Source of the DNA: Spirochaetia bacterium
Lineage (GTDB): Bacteria > Spirochaetota > Spirochaetia > UBA9216
Direction: 5' to 3'
Assembly (NCBI GenBank): GCA_963675665.1
Contig: OY776510.1
Coordinates: 2,432,001 to 2,496,000, forward strand
Length of the DNA: 64,000 bases
Shown: piece by piece, positions 49,307-59,034 of the stretch
Layout of the letters: each line of letters starts with the position of its first letter
Position numbering within the stretch: position 1 is the first letter of the stretch
Program-made: the position numbers and the translations under genes
Notes under the pieces: model-generated
Seen by the model: only the letters and a program-made list of their open reading frames with translations
Told to the model about the DNA's origin: nothing
Database searches by the model: none

Positions 49307-50452
49307 TCACGCAGATAAATCAGCGTTGCAGACAAGCGGGTTCAGTTCCCCTGTTTTTTTTACTCCGCTCAGTAGATTTATGGAATCAAAAATATAATCA
49401 AGTTTGTCACTTCGCAATACCACCTTGTGTATTGTGGTATTTTTTTCAAGGGGTTCGGGAACAGGTTCGGAATTGAACAGAAATCTGTTGCTTACTCTGG
49501 AATCAAACCAGTGGACAAGAGAAATAGTATCCGAAGTGACTTCAATTCCGGTTATTCCGCGTTTCCCGATTGTGCACCCTGTATTGAAAAGACAGGGGAC
49601 AGGTATCCCTTTGCTGTACAAAAGCGACGCGGGTTCATATTCCGGTTTTGAATCGATGCAGATGTCATATTTGCGCTTCAGCTCCAATATTTGTAATTCA
49701 ATGTTCTTTCTGTTCTGAAAATCAGCTTTTCGGTACATTCGCAAAAGCGTTTCGATTGAGAAATGAAGAGAATCAGCTCTTGAAAGAGATTCAAAAAGGG
49801 GACGGTGGGTATGTCCGATGATTGATATAATCCGGTTTGTTCTTGAAAAATTGTAGGATCGTTTCTCAATCCTCATTTTTTTCATATGCCTGTGTTTTTT
49901 GGAGAAATTCCTGATCCCTACCGGATTTACAATATATCTCAGTAAAAAACTGTTTAACCTGTTAAGATACCTGTAGTAAACAGAAGCCTGATGGCCGTGA
50001 AAAATAAAAATTGGCGTGGCATTATTCTTGCCGATAAGTTTTACGGCCTGTTGTTCATTGTAGCGCTGGTCGTTCAGTTCCGAGAGTATATTATCATCAT
50101 GATTGCCGGTTATTTTAATCAATCTGTCTTCAAAAGCAAAATTGTCGAAAAGCCTGTAGGTATCGGCCCACCTGCTTCGTATCGAACTCATATTGAATTT
50201 CTGAAGTTCTTCAATATCACCGTTCAGAACAAGAGTGTAGTTTCTGTTAAAATAATATTCCTGCAGGGCCGAATTGAAGATTTCTGCATTCTTTTTAAAA
50301 TCGTCATTTTTCCTGCCGTTACCCATGTGAAGGTCGCTGAAGATAATAAAACCAGAACCCTTCTGAACTGTTATTTCGGCAGCTTCGTTGTAAAGCCTGG
50401 TCAGGTAAGAATTTATGGTTTTTTCGTAGTTTTCGAGTAATTTGTTTAACAT
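49307..50452 (-). CDS. Calcineurin-like metallophosphoesterase
   Basis: SDLHMG, NGDIEE, GNHD, HGH and GHTH motifs. Confidence 0.88.
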   Translation of the reverse strand: MLNKLLENYEKTINSYLTRLYNEAAEITVQKGSGFIIFSDLHMGNGRKNDDFKKNAEIFNSALQEYYFNRNYTLVLNGDIEELQKFNMSSIRSRWADTYRLFDNFAFEDRLIKITGNHDDNILSELNDQRYNEQQAVKLIGKNNATPIFIFHGHQASVYYRYLNRLNSFLLRYIVNPVGIRNFSKKHRHMKKMRIEKRSYNFSRTNRIISIIGHTHRPLFESLSRADSLHFSIETLLRMYRKADFQNRKNIELQILELKRKYDICIDSKPEYEPASLLYSKGIPVPCLFNTGCTIGKRGITGIEVTSDTISLVHWFDSRVSNRFLFNSEPVPEPLEKNTTIHKVVLRSDKLDYIFDSINLLSGVKKTGELNPLVCNADLSA

Positions 50453-50605
50453 TCAATATTTATATAAGATTTCTGAATAAGGCTATTGTTAAATAATCAT
50501 TAAATTACTATGAAATAATCGCAGACCTTGCCGAATTCCCGATTTTTCTATATATTGTATAGATATAAAAACTACTCGAACAACTCTTGAACACAGGGGA
50601 AAGCC

Positions 50606-50920
50606 ATGAAACGTACTGATCTTGCACGTAAAGAAAGAGAAATAAAAAGAGCTATCAAGAAGGAGGAACGCATTGCCAAGGGTGAGAAAGTTGAACGAAC
50701 CATTGGTGATTATATAAATGAATTACATTCCTTCCTGTTTCATGATGAAACAAAAATCTACAATATTGCTGTTGATGAGCGGATTCCCGATCTTCTTGAA
50801 GAGATGATGATTGAAATGCCCGACAAACAATGGGAGAACATCATACGAAAAGCTGTTAGAAAAACAGGTGTGAAAGAAAAAGAGCCCGCAGTAAAGGAGC
50901 TCCTCGATTTTATTCAATAG
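50606..50920 (+). CDS. Hypothetical protein
   Basis: 104 aa charged ORF with AGGGG RBS. Confidence 0.75.
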   Translation: MKRTDLARKEREIKRAIKKEERIAKGEKVERTIGDYINELHSFLFHDETKIYNIAVDERIPDLLEEMMIEMPDKQWENIIRKAVRKTGVKEKEPAVKELLDFIQ

Positions 50921-50986
50921 AAAAATCAATAATTACAGAAAAATATGGAGTTTTGATCATATCAAAACTCCATAAAATTATAAATA

Positions 50987-51511
50987 TTAATAGTTGGTAT
51001 CAGCAAATTCCACCCAACCGCCTGCTTTGACAAGAGACTCATCGAAACCTGAAATACTGAAATCAAGAACTGTTTCTTCTCCGTCGGCTGAGATAATGAA
51101 TTTCCTGGCATCGAAATCGGTTTTGACGTCTGCTGACTTGGCTGAAAACTTTTTAAACAGCTGATCGATTGTATCGGCATCGATCTCTACAGCCATCATT
51201 CCGCAATTATACATGTTCTGTCTGAAAATACGGGCGAAATTCGGCGCAATCACGAGGTTTATGTCGTTAACCTCAAGTGCCCAGGGCGCGTGTTCCCGGG
51301 ACGAGCCGCATCCGAAATTTTCCCTTGTAATAATCACCTTTATATCTTTCAGATCCGTTGCCGGATCGAAACCGTCCATTTTCAGATCTTCCAGCAGGTG
51401 AGGGCCCATTGCTTTTTTTGTAATCTCGGTCAGGTACTTTGCCGGTATTATTTCATCGGTATTTATATCACTTCTGTCCAAAAAGAGCGCTTTTCCTGAA
51501 AAATTCTTCAT
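50987..51511 (-). CDS. leuD: 3-isopropylmalate dehydratase small subunit
   Basis: DINTDEIIPAKYL, NFGCGSSREHAPWAL and FARIFRQN motifs. Confidence 0.9.
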   Translation of the reverse strand: MKNFSGKALFLDRSDINTDEIIPAKYLTEITKKAMGPHLLEDLKMDGFDPATDLKDIKVIITRENFGCGSSREHAPWALEVNDINLVIAPNFARIFRQNMYNCGMMAVEIDADTIDQLFKKFSAKSADVKTDFDARKFIISADGEETVLDFSISGFDESLVKAGGWVEFADTNY

Positions 51512-51520
51512 TTATTCCTC

Positions 51521-52801
51521 CTAAAGCTGGTCTGCAGTTGTGATTTCGCCTTTTACAGCTGTAGCCGCCGCGGTTGCCGGGCTTGCAAGATGGACCATTC
51601 CGCCTTTACCCATTCTCCCGTTAAAATTCCTGTTGGTTGTAGAAACACAGACTTCGCCCGCGGCGAGTACGCCGTTGCTCATGCCCAGACAGGCGCCGCA
51701 GGTTGGATTTGTAAGACAGCATCCGGCGTTCATGAATATTTCAATCAAACCTTCGGCCAAAGCCTGTTTGTAAACATCCGGAGTCGCCGGTGAAACTATA
51801 ACTCTTACGGAATCAGCAATCTTTCTTCCTTTCAGAACAGCTGCTGCGGCTCTCAGGTCTTCAATTCGCCCGTTTGTACAGGATCCTATATAAACCTGAT
51901 TGACTTTTTCTCCCGTCATTTCCCTGACGGTTTTAACATGATCCGGTTTGTATCCGTATGTGATAAGCGGAGTAAGGCTGCTTAAATCCATTTCGAGATC
52001 CCTGGCATAAGCAGCATCGGTATCAGGAAGGAATTCCGAGTATGATTCAAGGGCTTTTTCCTTACTATCAAATTCATCCTTGATGAAGGGCCACAGGTAG
52101 TTTACTGTTGTCATATCAGGATAACAGATGCCGCATGTAGCGCCGGCTTCGATAGCCATATTACATACCGTCATTCTGCCTTCCATCGACATGGCGCCGA
52201 TTACCGGACCGGTAAATTCAATTACATGATCGGTTGCACCGTTAACCCCCAGGTTGCCGATAATATGGAGAATTATATCTTTAGGCGTAACCTCTTTGCC
52301 TGGATTTCCTGTAAGCCTGATTCTGATGGTTTTTGGTGATTTGAAAGAGCAGATGCCTTTAAGAATGCCGACTTCAAGGTCTGTAGTTCCTACCCCGGCT
52401 GCAAAAGCACCAAATGCTCCATGCGTACATGTATGCGAATCACCCATAATTATTGTGTACCCCGGACGCGCGAATCCCTTTTCGGGAAAAATTGCGTGGC
52501 AAACGCCGTTTCGTCCGATATCGAAAAAATCTTTAATACCGTGGCGGTTTGCCCAGTCGCGGAGAACCTTTCCCTGTTCCGCTGTCAGGGAATCCTTTGC
52601 CGGTGTAACATGATCAATTACAGCCTTGATTTTTGTCGGATCAAAAACACGATCCTTGCCGCGTTCGACAAGATCCACTATAGCTGTGGGTGTTGTGATT
52701 TCATGACAGAAAACAGCGTCCAATTTAATGACTTCTATACCTTTTGAAGGTTCGTCCAGCCTGTGAGCGTCAAATATTTTTTGTGCTGTTGTTTTTCCCA
52801 T
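51521..52801 (-). CDS. leuC: 3-isopropylmalate dehydratase large subunit (short LeuC/HacA type)
   Basis: IDH, GDSHTCTHGA, GSCTNGR, CGACLG and STTNRNFNGRMG motifs. Confidence 0.88.
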   Translation of the reverse strand: MGKTTAQKIFDAHRLDEPSKGIEVIKLDAVFCHEITTPTAIVDLVERGKDRVFDPTKIKAVIDHVTPAKDSLTAEQGKVLRDWANRHGIKDFFDIGRNGVCHAIFPEKGFARPGYTIIMGDSHTCTHGAFGAFAAGVGTTDLEVGILKGICSFKSPKTIRIRLTGNPGKEVTPKDIILHIIGNLGVNGATDHVIEFTGPVIGAMSMEGRMTVCNMAIEAGATCGICYPDMTTVNYLWPFIKDEFDSKEKALESYSEFLPDTDAAYARDLEMDLSSLTPLITYGYKPDHVKTVREMTGEKVNQVYIGSCTNGRIEDLRAAAAVLKGRKIADSVRVIVSPATPDVYKQALAEGLIEIFMNAGCCLTNPTCGACLGMSNGVLAAGEVCVSTTNRNFNGRMGKGGMVHLASPATAAATAVKGEITTADQL

Positions 52802-52813
52802 ATATTACTCCTG

Positions 52814-53392
52814 TTAATTCCGTACGAATATTCTGCCCGGGGTGATTATCCACATTGCCTTGAGTGTTACATTCCCGGTATTCCTTACTATATGAGGTAT
52901 ATCCGACGGAAACGATATAGTGTCTCCGGCTTCAAGTTTATAAGTTGAAGTTCCGTAGATCAGTTCGCCTTCACCCTGAATAATTGTACCAAGCTCCCGT
53001 CCGGGATGGCCGAATTCAATATCGCCCTTTTCTTTTCCGGGCGGGATGTCAATATAAAATGCTTCTACAGACGGATTAATCTCGGTCTCGGGGATGAATG
53101 AAAGCTGCTGGTAATCGACTCCGTTCATTAAAAGCTTGTTGCGATCTTCAGGTTTTATTATCGAAACAACCTTGTCATGCTTGAGATCTTTGAACAGGTA
53201 TTCAAGATCAATGTTAAGGGTGTTTGCAATTGCTATCAGTGTGTCGATCGAGGGAGAAACCCTGTTCCGCTCTATCTGACTTATCAGGCTTTCGCTTACC
53301 CCTGCTTTTGCCGCTACATCTTTAAGAGTCATATTTTTGCGTTCGCGTACGAGTCTTAATTTATTACCAAACTCAACATTCTTCTTTATCAA
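52814..53392 (-). CDS. XRE-family regulator with cupin domain
   Basis: HTH (TLKDVAAKAGVSESLISQIERN) plus cupin (HPGRE...GDTISFPSDIPH). Confidence 0.92.
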   Translation of the reverse strand: MIKKNVEFGNKLRLVRERKNMTLKDVAAKAGVSESLISQIERNRVSPSIDTLIAIANTLNIDLEYLFKDLKHDKVVSIIKPEDRNKLLMNGVDYQQLSFIPETEINPSVEAFYIDIPPGKEKGDIEFGHPGRELGTIIQGEGELIYGTSTYKLEAGDTISFPSDIPHIVRNTGNVTLKAMWIITPGRIFVRN

Positions 53393-53441
53393 TACTTAAA
53401 CCTCTTAAGTATAGTTTAAATCGAAAAGGGTGATTTGTCAA
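53392..53441 (-). promoter_or_regulatory. Promoter plus palindromic operator of the XRE-leuCD operon
   Basis: TTGACA-N17-TAAACT followed by ATACTTAA-N5-TTAAGTAT overlapping the RBS/start. Confidence 0.6.
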
Positions 53442-53496
53442 GCTGACTTGCAAAACAGTTATATTTACTGTATTTTATAGCCTGACGGAGGGTTCT

Positions 53497-54684
53497 ATGG
53501 CAATATCAAAGCATATCAATGATCTGATGGCAGGGTCATCCTTTATCCGTAAAATGTTTGAAACAGGTTCCCGGCTGAAAGCGGAATACGGAGCCGAAAA
53601 TGTGTATGATTTCAGCCTCGGCAATCCCGACATTGCCCCTATAGATGATTTCAGCAGGATCGTAAACCGGATAATAAACGAGGATATTCCCGGAAAACAC
53701 GGTTATATGCCGAATGCCGGATACCCTTTTGTTCGGGAAGCAGTCGCCGGTTATGTATCAAAAGAACAGAACACTCCTCTTGACGGGAATAGTATTATTA
53801 TGACTTGCGGGGCCGGCGGCGGAATGAACGCTGTTTTAAAGTCAGTTTTGAATGCAGGCGACAGGGTTCTGGTCAGCGCTCCGTGTTTTATGGAATACAG
53901 GTTTTACGCGGATAACCACGGCGGAAAGCTGGAAATTATCAGGCCGACAGCAACCCTTGATCTTGATCCTGACGCATTTGAAGCGGCTATTGATGATGAT
54001 GTTGCCGCGGTTATCATCAACTCTCCAAATAATCCTTCAGGCAGGATATATTCCGAAGAAAACCTCCGGGAGCTTTGCAGGGTCCTGGAAAAAGCCTCGG
54101 AGCGGACGGGCAGGAGCATATATTTGATTTTTGACGAGCCTTACAGAAAGATTGTATTCGACGGCAATACAGTGCCTGCGGTTTTTCCGCTGTACCGTAA
54201 TTCCATTGTAATAACCTCCTATTCGAAAGATCTTTCGGTTCCCGGTGAACGAATCGGGTTTGCCGCAGTAAATCCGGCATCTGACGATTACAATAAACTC
54301 ATAAATGCGATTATTCTCTGTAACCGCATACTCGGTTTTGTTAATGCTCCGGCCCTGATGCAGCGGGTTGTTGCCGAGCTGCAGGGAAGAAGTGTAGACA
54401 TAAACGAATATCAAAGGAAACGTGAACTTTTGTGCGACGGCTTGTCCGAAATAGGATATGAATTTAAAAAACCCGAAGGAACATTCTATCTGTTTCCCAA
54501 AGCCCCCGGAGGCGATGATGCCGGAGTAGTTGATCTTCTGTTAAAAGAAAGAGTTCTGGTTGTTCCCGGAAGCGGTTTTGCAATGCCCGGCTATTTCAGA
54601 ATTGTTTTCTGTGTAGAGGACAGTGTAATCAGCGGTTCCTTGGACGGATTCCGGAATGTATTTGAAAAGGTCAGGCAGGGATAA
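53497..54684 (+). CDS. PLP-dependent class I/II (aspartate/aromatic) aminotransferase
   Basis: DFSLGNP, NSPNNPSG, DEPY and SYSKDLSVPGERIG motifs. Confidence 0.93.
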   Translation: MAISKHINDLMAGSSFIRKMFETGSRLKAEYGAENVYDFSLGNPDIAPIDDFSRIVNRIINEDIPGKHGYMPNAGYPFVREAVAGYVSKEQNTPLDGNSIIMTCGAGGGMNAVLKSVLNAGDRVLVSAPCFMEYRFYADNHGGKLEIIRPTATLDLDPDAFEAAIDDDVAAVIINSPNNPSGRIYSEENLRELCRVLEKASERTGRSIYLIFDEPYRKIVFDGNTVPAVFPLYRNSIVITSYSKDLSVPGERIGFAAVNPASDDYNKLINAIILCNRILGFVNAPALMQRVVAELQGRSVDINEYQRKRELLCDGLSEIGYEFKKPEGTFYLFPKAPGGDDAGVVDLLLKERVLVVPGSGFAMPGYFRIVFCVEDSVISGSLDGFRNVFEKVRQG

Positions 54685-54690
54685 ACTCTA

Positions 54691-54945
54691 ATGGGATTAA
54701 TGGATAAATCGCTTGACGCCCGGCGGGTATTTGCGGCGACCAATAAACGTATGCTTGACGCAATAAATGCGGCCTCTGAAACAGGGGATACAAAGCTGCT
54801 CGAAGAGATTGAATTCGTAATGACCGTCGGCGCTTATGAACAACTCATAGACAGCGGACTATATACATCACTTAAAAGGAAGAACCCCGACAGGCGTTCG
54901 GTTGACCGGAGGACCAATGACCGCCGGAAATCCGGTAAACGTTGA
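54691..54945 (+). CDS. Hypothetical protein with C-terminal DRR repeats
   Basis: 84 aa; tail NPDRRSVDRRTNDRRKSGKR. Confidence 0.7.
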   Translation: MGLMDKSLDARRVFAATNKRMLDAINAASETGDTKLLEEIEFVMTVGAYEQLIDSGLYTSLKRKNPDRRSVDRRTNDRRKSGKR

Positions 54946-55051
54946 TATCCTGTGGAGTATCTGTGGATAATTATTCGATTTATAATTGGATAATTTAAAA
55001 TTATATGTTAAAATACCGATATTAAAAATAAATCATACCGGGAGTAGTTAA

Positions 55052-55192
55052 ATGGGTGTAGCAGCATACGCTTTCCTTTTTGTATCGATAATCGGATGTA
55101 TCGCTTACGGGCTGATAAACTGGAGCAAAGAAAGTACTGTGCCGCCGGTCACTGAAGCGGGCGACGGCGACCGGGATAAGGCTGCTGTATAA
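55052..55192 (+). CDS. Small membrane protein, symporter small accessory protein-like (46 aa)
   Basis: Not in the ORF track. GGGAG RBS; MGVAAYAFLFVSIIGCIAYGLINWSKESTVPPVTEAGDGDRDKAAV; CxxYGxxNW motif. Confidence 0.72.
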   Translation: MGVAAYAFLFVSIIGCIAYGLINWSKESTVPPVTEAGDGDRDKAAV

Positions 55193-55207
55193 CAGCGGCT
55201 TTTTTTT
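55180..55207 (+). terminator. Intrinsic terminator overlapping the small ORF stop
   Basis: ggctgctgt-ata-acagcggct followed by a T run. Confidence 0.8.
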
Positions 55208-55424
55208 ATCTTTATTTTTTACCTGTCATCTTTATCAACTTTTCAAAGACTTTTTAAACCGACTGATTTTAAACACCACGCTTGCACTCGAAGAAGGAAT
55301 TTTAAAAATCTCTGTTTTTTGAAATTCCTTCCATTGTATAAAAAACGATACATGGGTATTATATAGAAACCGAAATTATTCTTTTCGGTTTCTGTAATTA
55401 TTAACCAAATCAGAGGAGAATGGA

Positions 55425-57029
55425 ATGGGCGAAATGGTCCTTTTGGGAGACGAAGCTCTTGCTCTAGGCGCAATTGATGCCGGCATATCATCAGCATACG
55501 GATATCCCGGAACTCCCTCAAGCGAGATAATGGAATATCTTCTGGATTATTCAGAAAAGAACGAAGGTCTGTTTGCGACATGGTCTTCCAATGAAAAGAC
55601 TGCGTATGAAGAAGCCTTGGGCGCTTCATTTGTCGGGAAAAGGGTCCTCGTGACGATGAAACATGTCGGACTCAACGTGGCTGCGGATCCGTTTATGAAT
55701 TCAGCGCTGCTTGATATAAAAGGCGGACTTGTTCTGGCTGTTGCCGATGATCCCGGAATGCATTCCTCCCAGGGCGAGCAGGATTCACGCTATTTCTCCG
55801 CATTTGCCAGAATCATGTGTTTTGAACCGCGTAATCAACAGGAATGTTATGAGATGACGCGCGAAGCATTTGATATATCCGAGATGTTTCATATTCCTGT
55901 AATGATTAGAATGGTAACGCGGCTTGCTCATTCAAGGGCCGTTGTCGTCCCCTCGACACCGCGGGAGCGAAATCCCCTTGCGAAGACGGACAATCCCAAA
56001 GGCTGGATGCTTTTACCCGCCCTGGCCAGAAGAAACTGGTCGTCTCTGCTTGCGCGGCAGGCTGATTTTGAAAAGTACACAACGGAAACCCGTTATAATC
56101 CGCTTACGATAAACAGGGACTTTCGGAAGTTCGGCGTGATTACCAGCGGTCTTGGAAAAAACTACTATGATGAAGCAAAAAAAGAACTTGGCAGCCAGCC
56201 TTCGCATCTGCATATAAGCGCTTATCCGGTCCCGGTCGTAAAGGTCAGGGAGCTTGCCGCTGCAGTTGATAAAATTGTTGTGATTGAAGAAGGCTGTACC
56301 TTTATTGAAGATTACCTGTGTGGATACCTTCCGCAACCGGTTGAAATAACAGGCAAGAAGGACGGCGCAGTTCCTTTAACCGGAGAACTCAATCCCGACA
56401 ATATCCGGGGTGCGCTTGGATTGGCTCCCCGCGAAGGACTCGGTACCGATATGGAAATCCCGGGCAGGCCGCCGCAGCTTTGTCAGGGATGTCCACATGC
56501 CGACACCTACGCGGCATTGAACGAAGCCCGTGAATCATTTGATAATTCCATAGTAACCTCGGACATAGGCTGTTATTCTCTGGGCGCGTTGCCGCCGTAC
56601 AATGCCATTGAGACAATCATCTGCATGGGGGCTTCCGTCGGTACTGCAAAAGGCGCTGCTGAAGCGGGTTTTGAACCTGTAGTTGCGGTGATTGGCGACA
56701 GCACATTCCTTCATTCGGGAATTTCACCGCTTATAGACGCAGTTTCATGCCGCACTCCGATGACGCTTGTGATCCTGGACAACGGAACCGTTGCAATGAC
56801 AGGCGGTCAGAAAACAATCCTGCCGTCGTCAAGACTGCAGACGCTGCTTGAAGGAATAGGCGTAGAACCGGAACATATACGTACAATAACTCCGCTGAAA
56901 AAGCACCATGAGGAAAATGTAGGGATATTTAAAACTGAAATGAATTACAAGGGCCTCTCGGTAATAATTGCATTACGGGAATGTCTTGAGACAGCCAGAA
57001 AACAAAAAAAAGCCGGAGGCCAGAAATGA
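55425..57029 (+). CDS. iorA: Indolepyruvate:ferredoxin oxidoreductase alpha subunit
   Basis: GYPGTPSSEI, MKHVGLNVAAD, RPPQLCQGCPH, SDIGCY and GDSTFLHSG...DNGTVAMTGGQ TPP motif. Confidence 0.93.
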   Translation: MGEMVLLGDEALALGAIDAGISSAYGYPGTPSSEIMEYLLDYSEKNEGLFATWSSNEKTAYEEALGASFVGKRVLVTMKHVGLNVAADPFMNSALLDIKGGLVLAVADDPGMHSSQGEQDSRYFSAFARIMCFEPRNQQECYEMTREAFDISEMFHIPVMIRMVTRLAHSRAVVVPSTPRERNPLAKTDNPKGWMLLPALARRNWSSLLARQADFEKYTTETRYNPLTINRDFRKFGVITSGLGKNYYDEAKKELGSQPSHLHISAYPVPVVKVRELAAAVDKIVVIEEGCTFIEDYLCGYLPQPVEITGKKDGAVPLTGELNPDNIRGALGLAPREGLGTDMEIPGRPPQLCQGCPHADTYAALNEARESFDNSIVTSDIGCYSLGALPPYNAIETIICMGASVGTAKGAAEAGFEPVVAVIGDSTFLHSGISPLIDAVSCRTPMTLVILDNGTVAMTGGQKTILPSSRLQTLLEGIGVEPEHIRTITPLKKHHEENVGIFKTEMNYKGLSVIIALRECLETARKQKKAGGQK

Positions 57030-57589
57030 AATACGACATTATCCTTGCAGGAGTAGGCGGGCAGGGAGTTCTTTCCGTTGCCGCCGGAATTGCTACCGGA
57101 GCAATGCTTCAGGGGCTTAAGGTCAGGCAGTCGGAGGTTCATGGAATGGCCCAGCGCGGCGGCGCGGTAATGTCGCACCTGCGCCTTTCAGATGAAGAAA
57201 TCCCGGGCGACCTTGTCGGCAAGGGCAATGCCGACATGATTCTGAGCATGGAACCGCTTGAAGCTCTCAGGTATCTGGAATATTTAAAACCCGACGGGAA
57301 ATTGATTACTGCTTCCGAACCGGTTGTCAATATTCCGAATTATCCCGATGAGGCCGATATAATGTCAGGAGTTGAAGCGACCGGGGCAGCTGTTATCGTC
57401 GATGCGAAAACCATTGCCAGGGAGTCCGGAAACATGAAAGCTGCCAATATGGCCATGGTAGGAGCGGCGTCCGCATATCTGCCTGTTGAGCAATCCAGAA
57501 TTGAAGAAGCTATCAGAAATATGTTTGCTTCAAAGGGCGACAAAATAATTGAGCAGAATATTAACGCATTTAAAGCCGGACGAGGCTGA
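57026..57589 (+). CDS. iorB: Indolepyruvate oxidoreductase beta subunit
   Basis: GVGGQG and SEVHGMAQRGGAVMSHLR motifs. Confidence 0.94.
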   Translation: MKYDIILAGVGGQGVLSVAAGIATGAMLQGLKVRQSEVHGMAQRGGAVMSHLRLSDEEIPGDLVGKGNADMILSMEPLEALRYLEYLKPDGKLITASEPVVNIPNYPDEADIMSGVEATGAAVIVDAKTIARESGNMKAANMAMVGAASAYLPVEQSRIEEAIRNMFASKGDKIIEQNINAFKAGRG

Positions 57590-57607
57590 TAAACGGGGTA
57601 AGGCATT

Positions 57608-58918
57608 ATGGAGATTAAATACTGGAACAGGGAACTTGAAACAATCAGCAGGGACAAACTTGAAGAACTCCAGCTTGCAAAGCTTAGAAAGACCGTATCC
57701 CAGGCATTAAAAACCGAATATTACGGTAAAAAAATTCCCGAGGCTGGGATCAAAAGCCCTGAAGATATCAGGAGCCTGGATGATCTGCAAAGGCTGCCTT
57801 TTACAACGAAGCTGGATCTCCGCGAAGCTTACCCTTTCGGAATGCTGGCCGTCGATCTCGACGATGTAGTGCGTATGCATGCTTCCAGCGGGACTACCGG
57901 AAAGCCTACAACAATTTACCTGACGGCGGATGACCTCGACCGTTCAACTGACATTACAATACGTTCGATAGTTGCCACGGGGACCGGCAGGGGCGATGTG
58001 TTTCAGAACATGATGACTTACGGTCTTTTTACCGGAGGGATTGTTCTCCATTACGGCGCGGAAAAGCTTGGAACCATGGTTATCCCTGCAAGCTCCGGAA
58101 ATACAGCACGACAGTTCCAGTTGATGAAAGATTTTAAAACAACAGTAATTCACGCAACCCCCAGTTATATGCTTTATCTGCACTCCAGAATGGCTGATTT
58201 CGGAATAAAACCCTCAGATTTGCATCTGAAAAAGGCTTTTGTAGGCGCGGAACCCCACTCTGAGGATATTCGAAAAAAGATTGAGAATCTATGGGATATT
58301 GATGTTTACAATTCATATGGATTATCGGAGATGAACGGACCGGGGCTTGCTTTTGAATGTGTTTATAAAGACTGCATGCATGTATGGGAAGATGCGTATA
58401 TCATGGAAATAATTGATCCGGTGACCCTTGAGCCTCTGCCTGAAGGAGAAGAGGGCGAACTGGTATTAACCATTCTGCAGAGAGATGCAATGCCGTTGAT
58501 TCGCTATCGCACGCGGGATCTTACCCGTATAATTCCCGGGCAGTGCAAATGCGGGCGTACTCACAGAAGGGTTGCCAGGATGAAGGGTCGTTCCGATGAT
58601 ATGCTTATAATAAACGGGGTAAATATATTCCCGTCGCAGATTGAAGAAGTAATCATGCGGATGCCGGAAGTTGGAACCAATTACCTGATAGTAGTGGAGA
58701 AATCCGGTCCTCTCGATAAGCTGATAGTAAAAACCGAGGTCACCAGAGACGCTCTTACCGACGATACACGTGATTTATATGCCCTTAAAGCAAAAATTGC
58801 CGAGAACCTGAAAGCCTCGATATTCATAAACCCGGTAGTGGAACTTCATGAGCACGGAGCCCTTCCTGTATCTGAGGGCAAGGCAAAACGGGTATTGGAC
58901 AACCGGGCAGCAGAATGA
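57608..58918 (+). CDS. paaK: Phenylacetate--CoA ligase
   Basis: HASSGTTGKPT, YGLFTGG, YGLSEMNGPG, RYRTRD and GRSDDMLIINGVN motifs. Confidence 0.92.
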   Translation: MEIKYWNRELETISRDKLEELQLAKLRKTVSQALKTEYYGKKIPEAGIKSPEDIRSLDDLQRLPFTTKLDLREAYPFGMLAVDLDDVVRMHASSGTTGKPTTIYLTADDLDRSTDITIRSIVATGTGRGDVFQNMMTYGLFTGGIVLHYGAEKLGTMVIPASSGNTARQFQLMKDFKTTVIHATPSYMLYLHSRMADFGIKPSDLHLKKAFVGAEPHSEDIRKKIENLWDIDVYNSYGLSEMNGPGLAFECVYKDCMHVWEDAYIMEIIDPVTLEPLPEGEEGELVLTILQRDAMPLIRYRTRDLTRIIPGQCKCGRTHRRVARMKGRSDDMLIINGVNIFPSQIEEVIMRMPEVGTNYLIVVEKSGPLDKLIVKTEVTRDALTDDTRDLYALKAKIAENLKASIFINPVVELHEHGALPVSEGKAKRVLDNRAAE

Positions 58919-58983
58919 AACCGGCAGGAGTAGTTGAAACAGGTCAGTTATGGATTCTGATATTAAAGAGTCCTAATTGTTTA

Positions 58984-58996
58984 TTTGTCAGACAAA
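58984..58996. promoter_or_regulatory. FadR/GntR-type operator palindrome, probably autoregulatory
   Basis: TTTGTC-A-GACAAA directly upstream of the FadR-type regulator. Confidence 0.55.
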
Positions 58997-59034
58997 GGGA
59001 TTGTCTAAACTATACATATAGTACATAATAGGTT

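Noticed and set aside
54951-55035. DnaA box TGTGGATAA (54962-54970) plus an AT-rich tract, as a possible oriC
   Set aside because: Only one perfect box, with no dnaA/dnaN context
55243-55629. 128-aa minus-strand ORF and similar antisense ORFs across the window
   Set aside because: They overlap well-supported genes on the opposite strand and show no motifs
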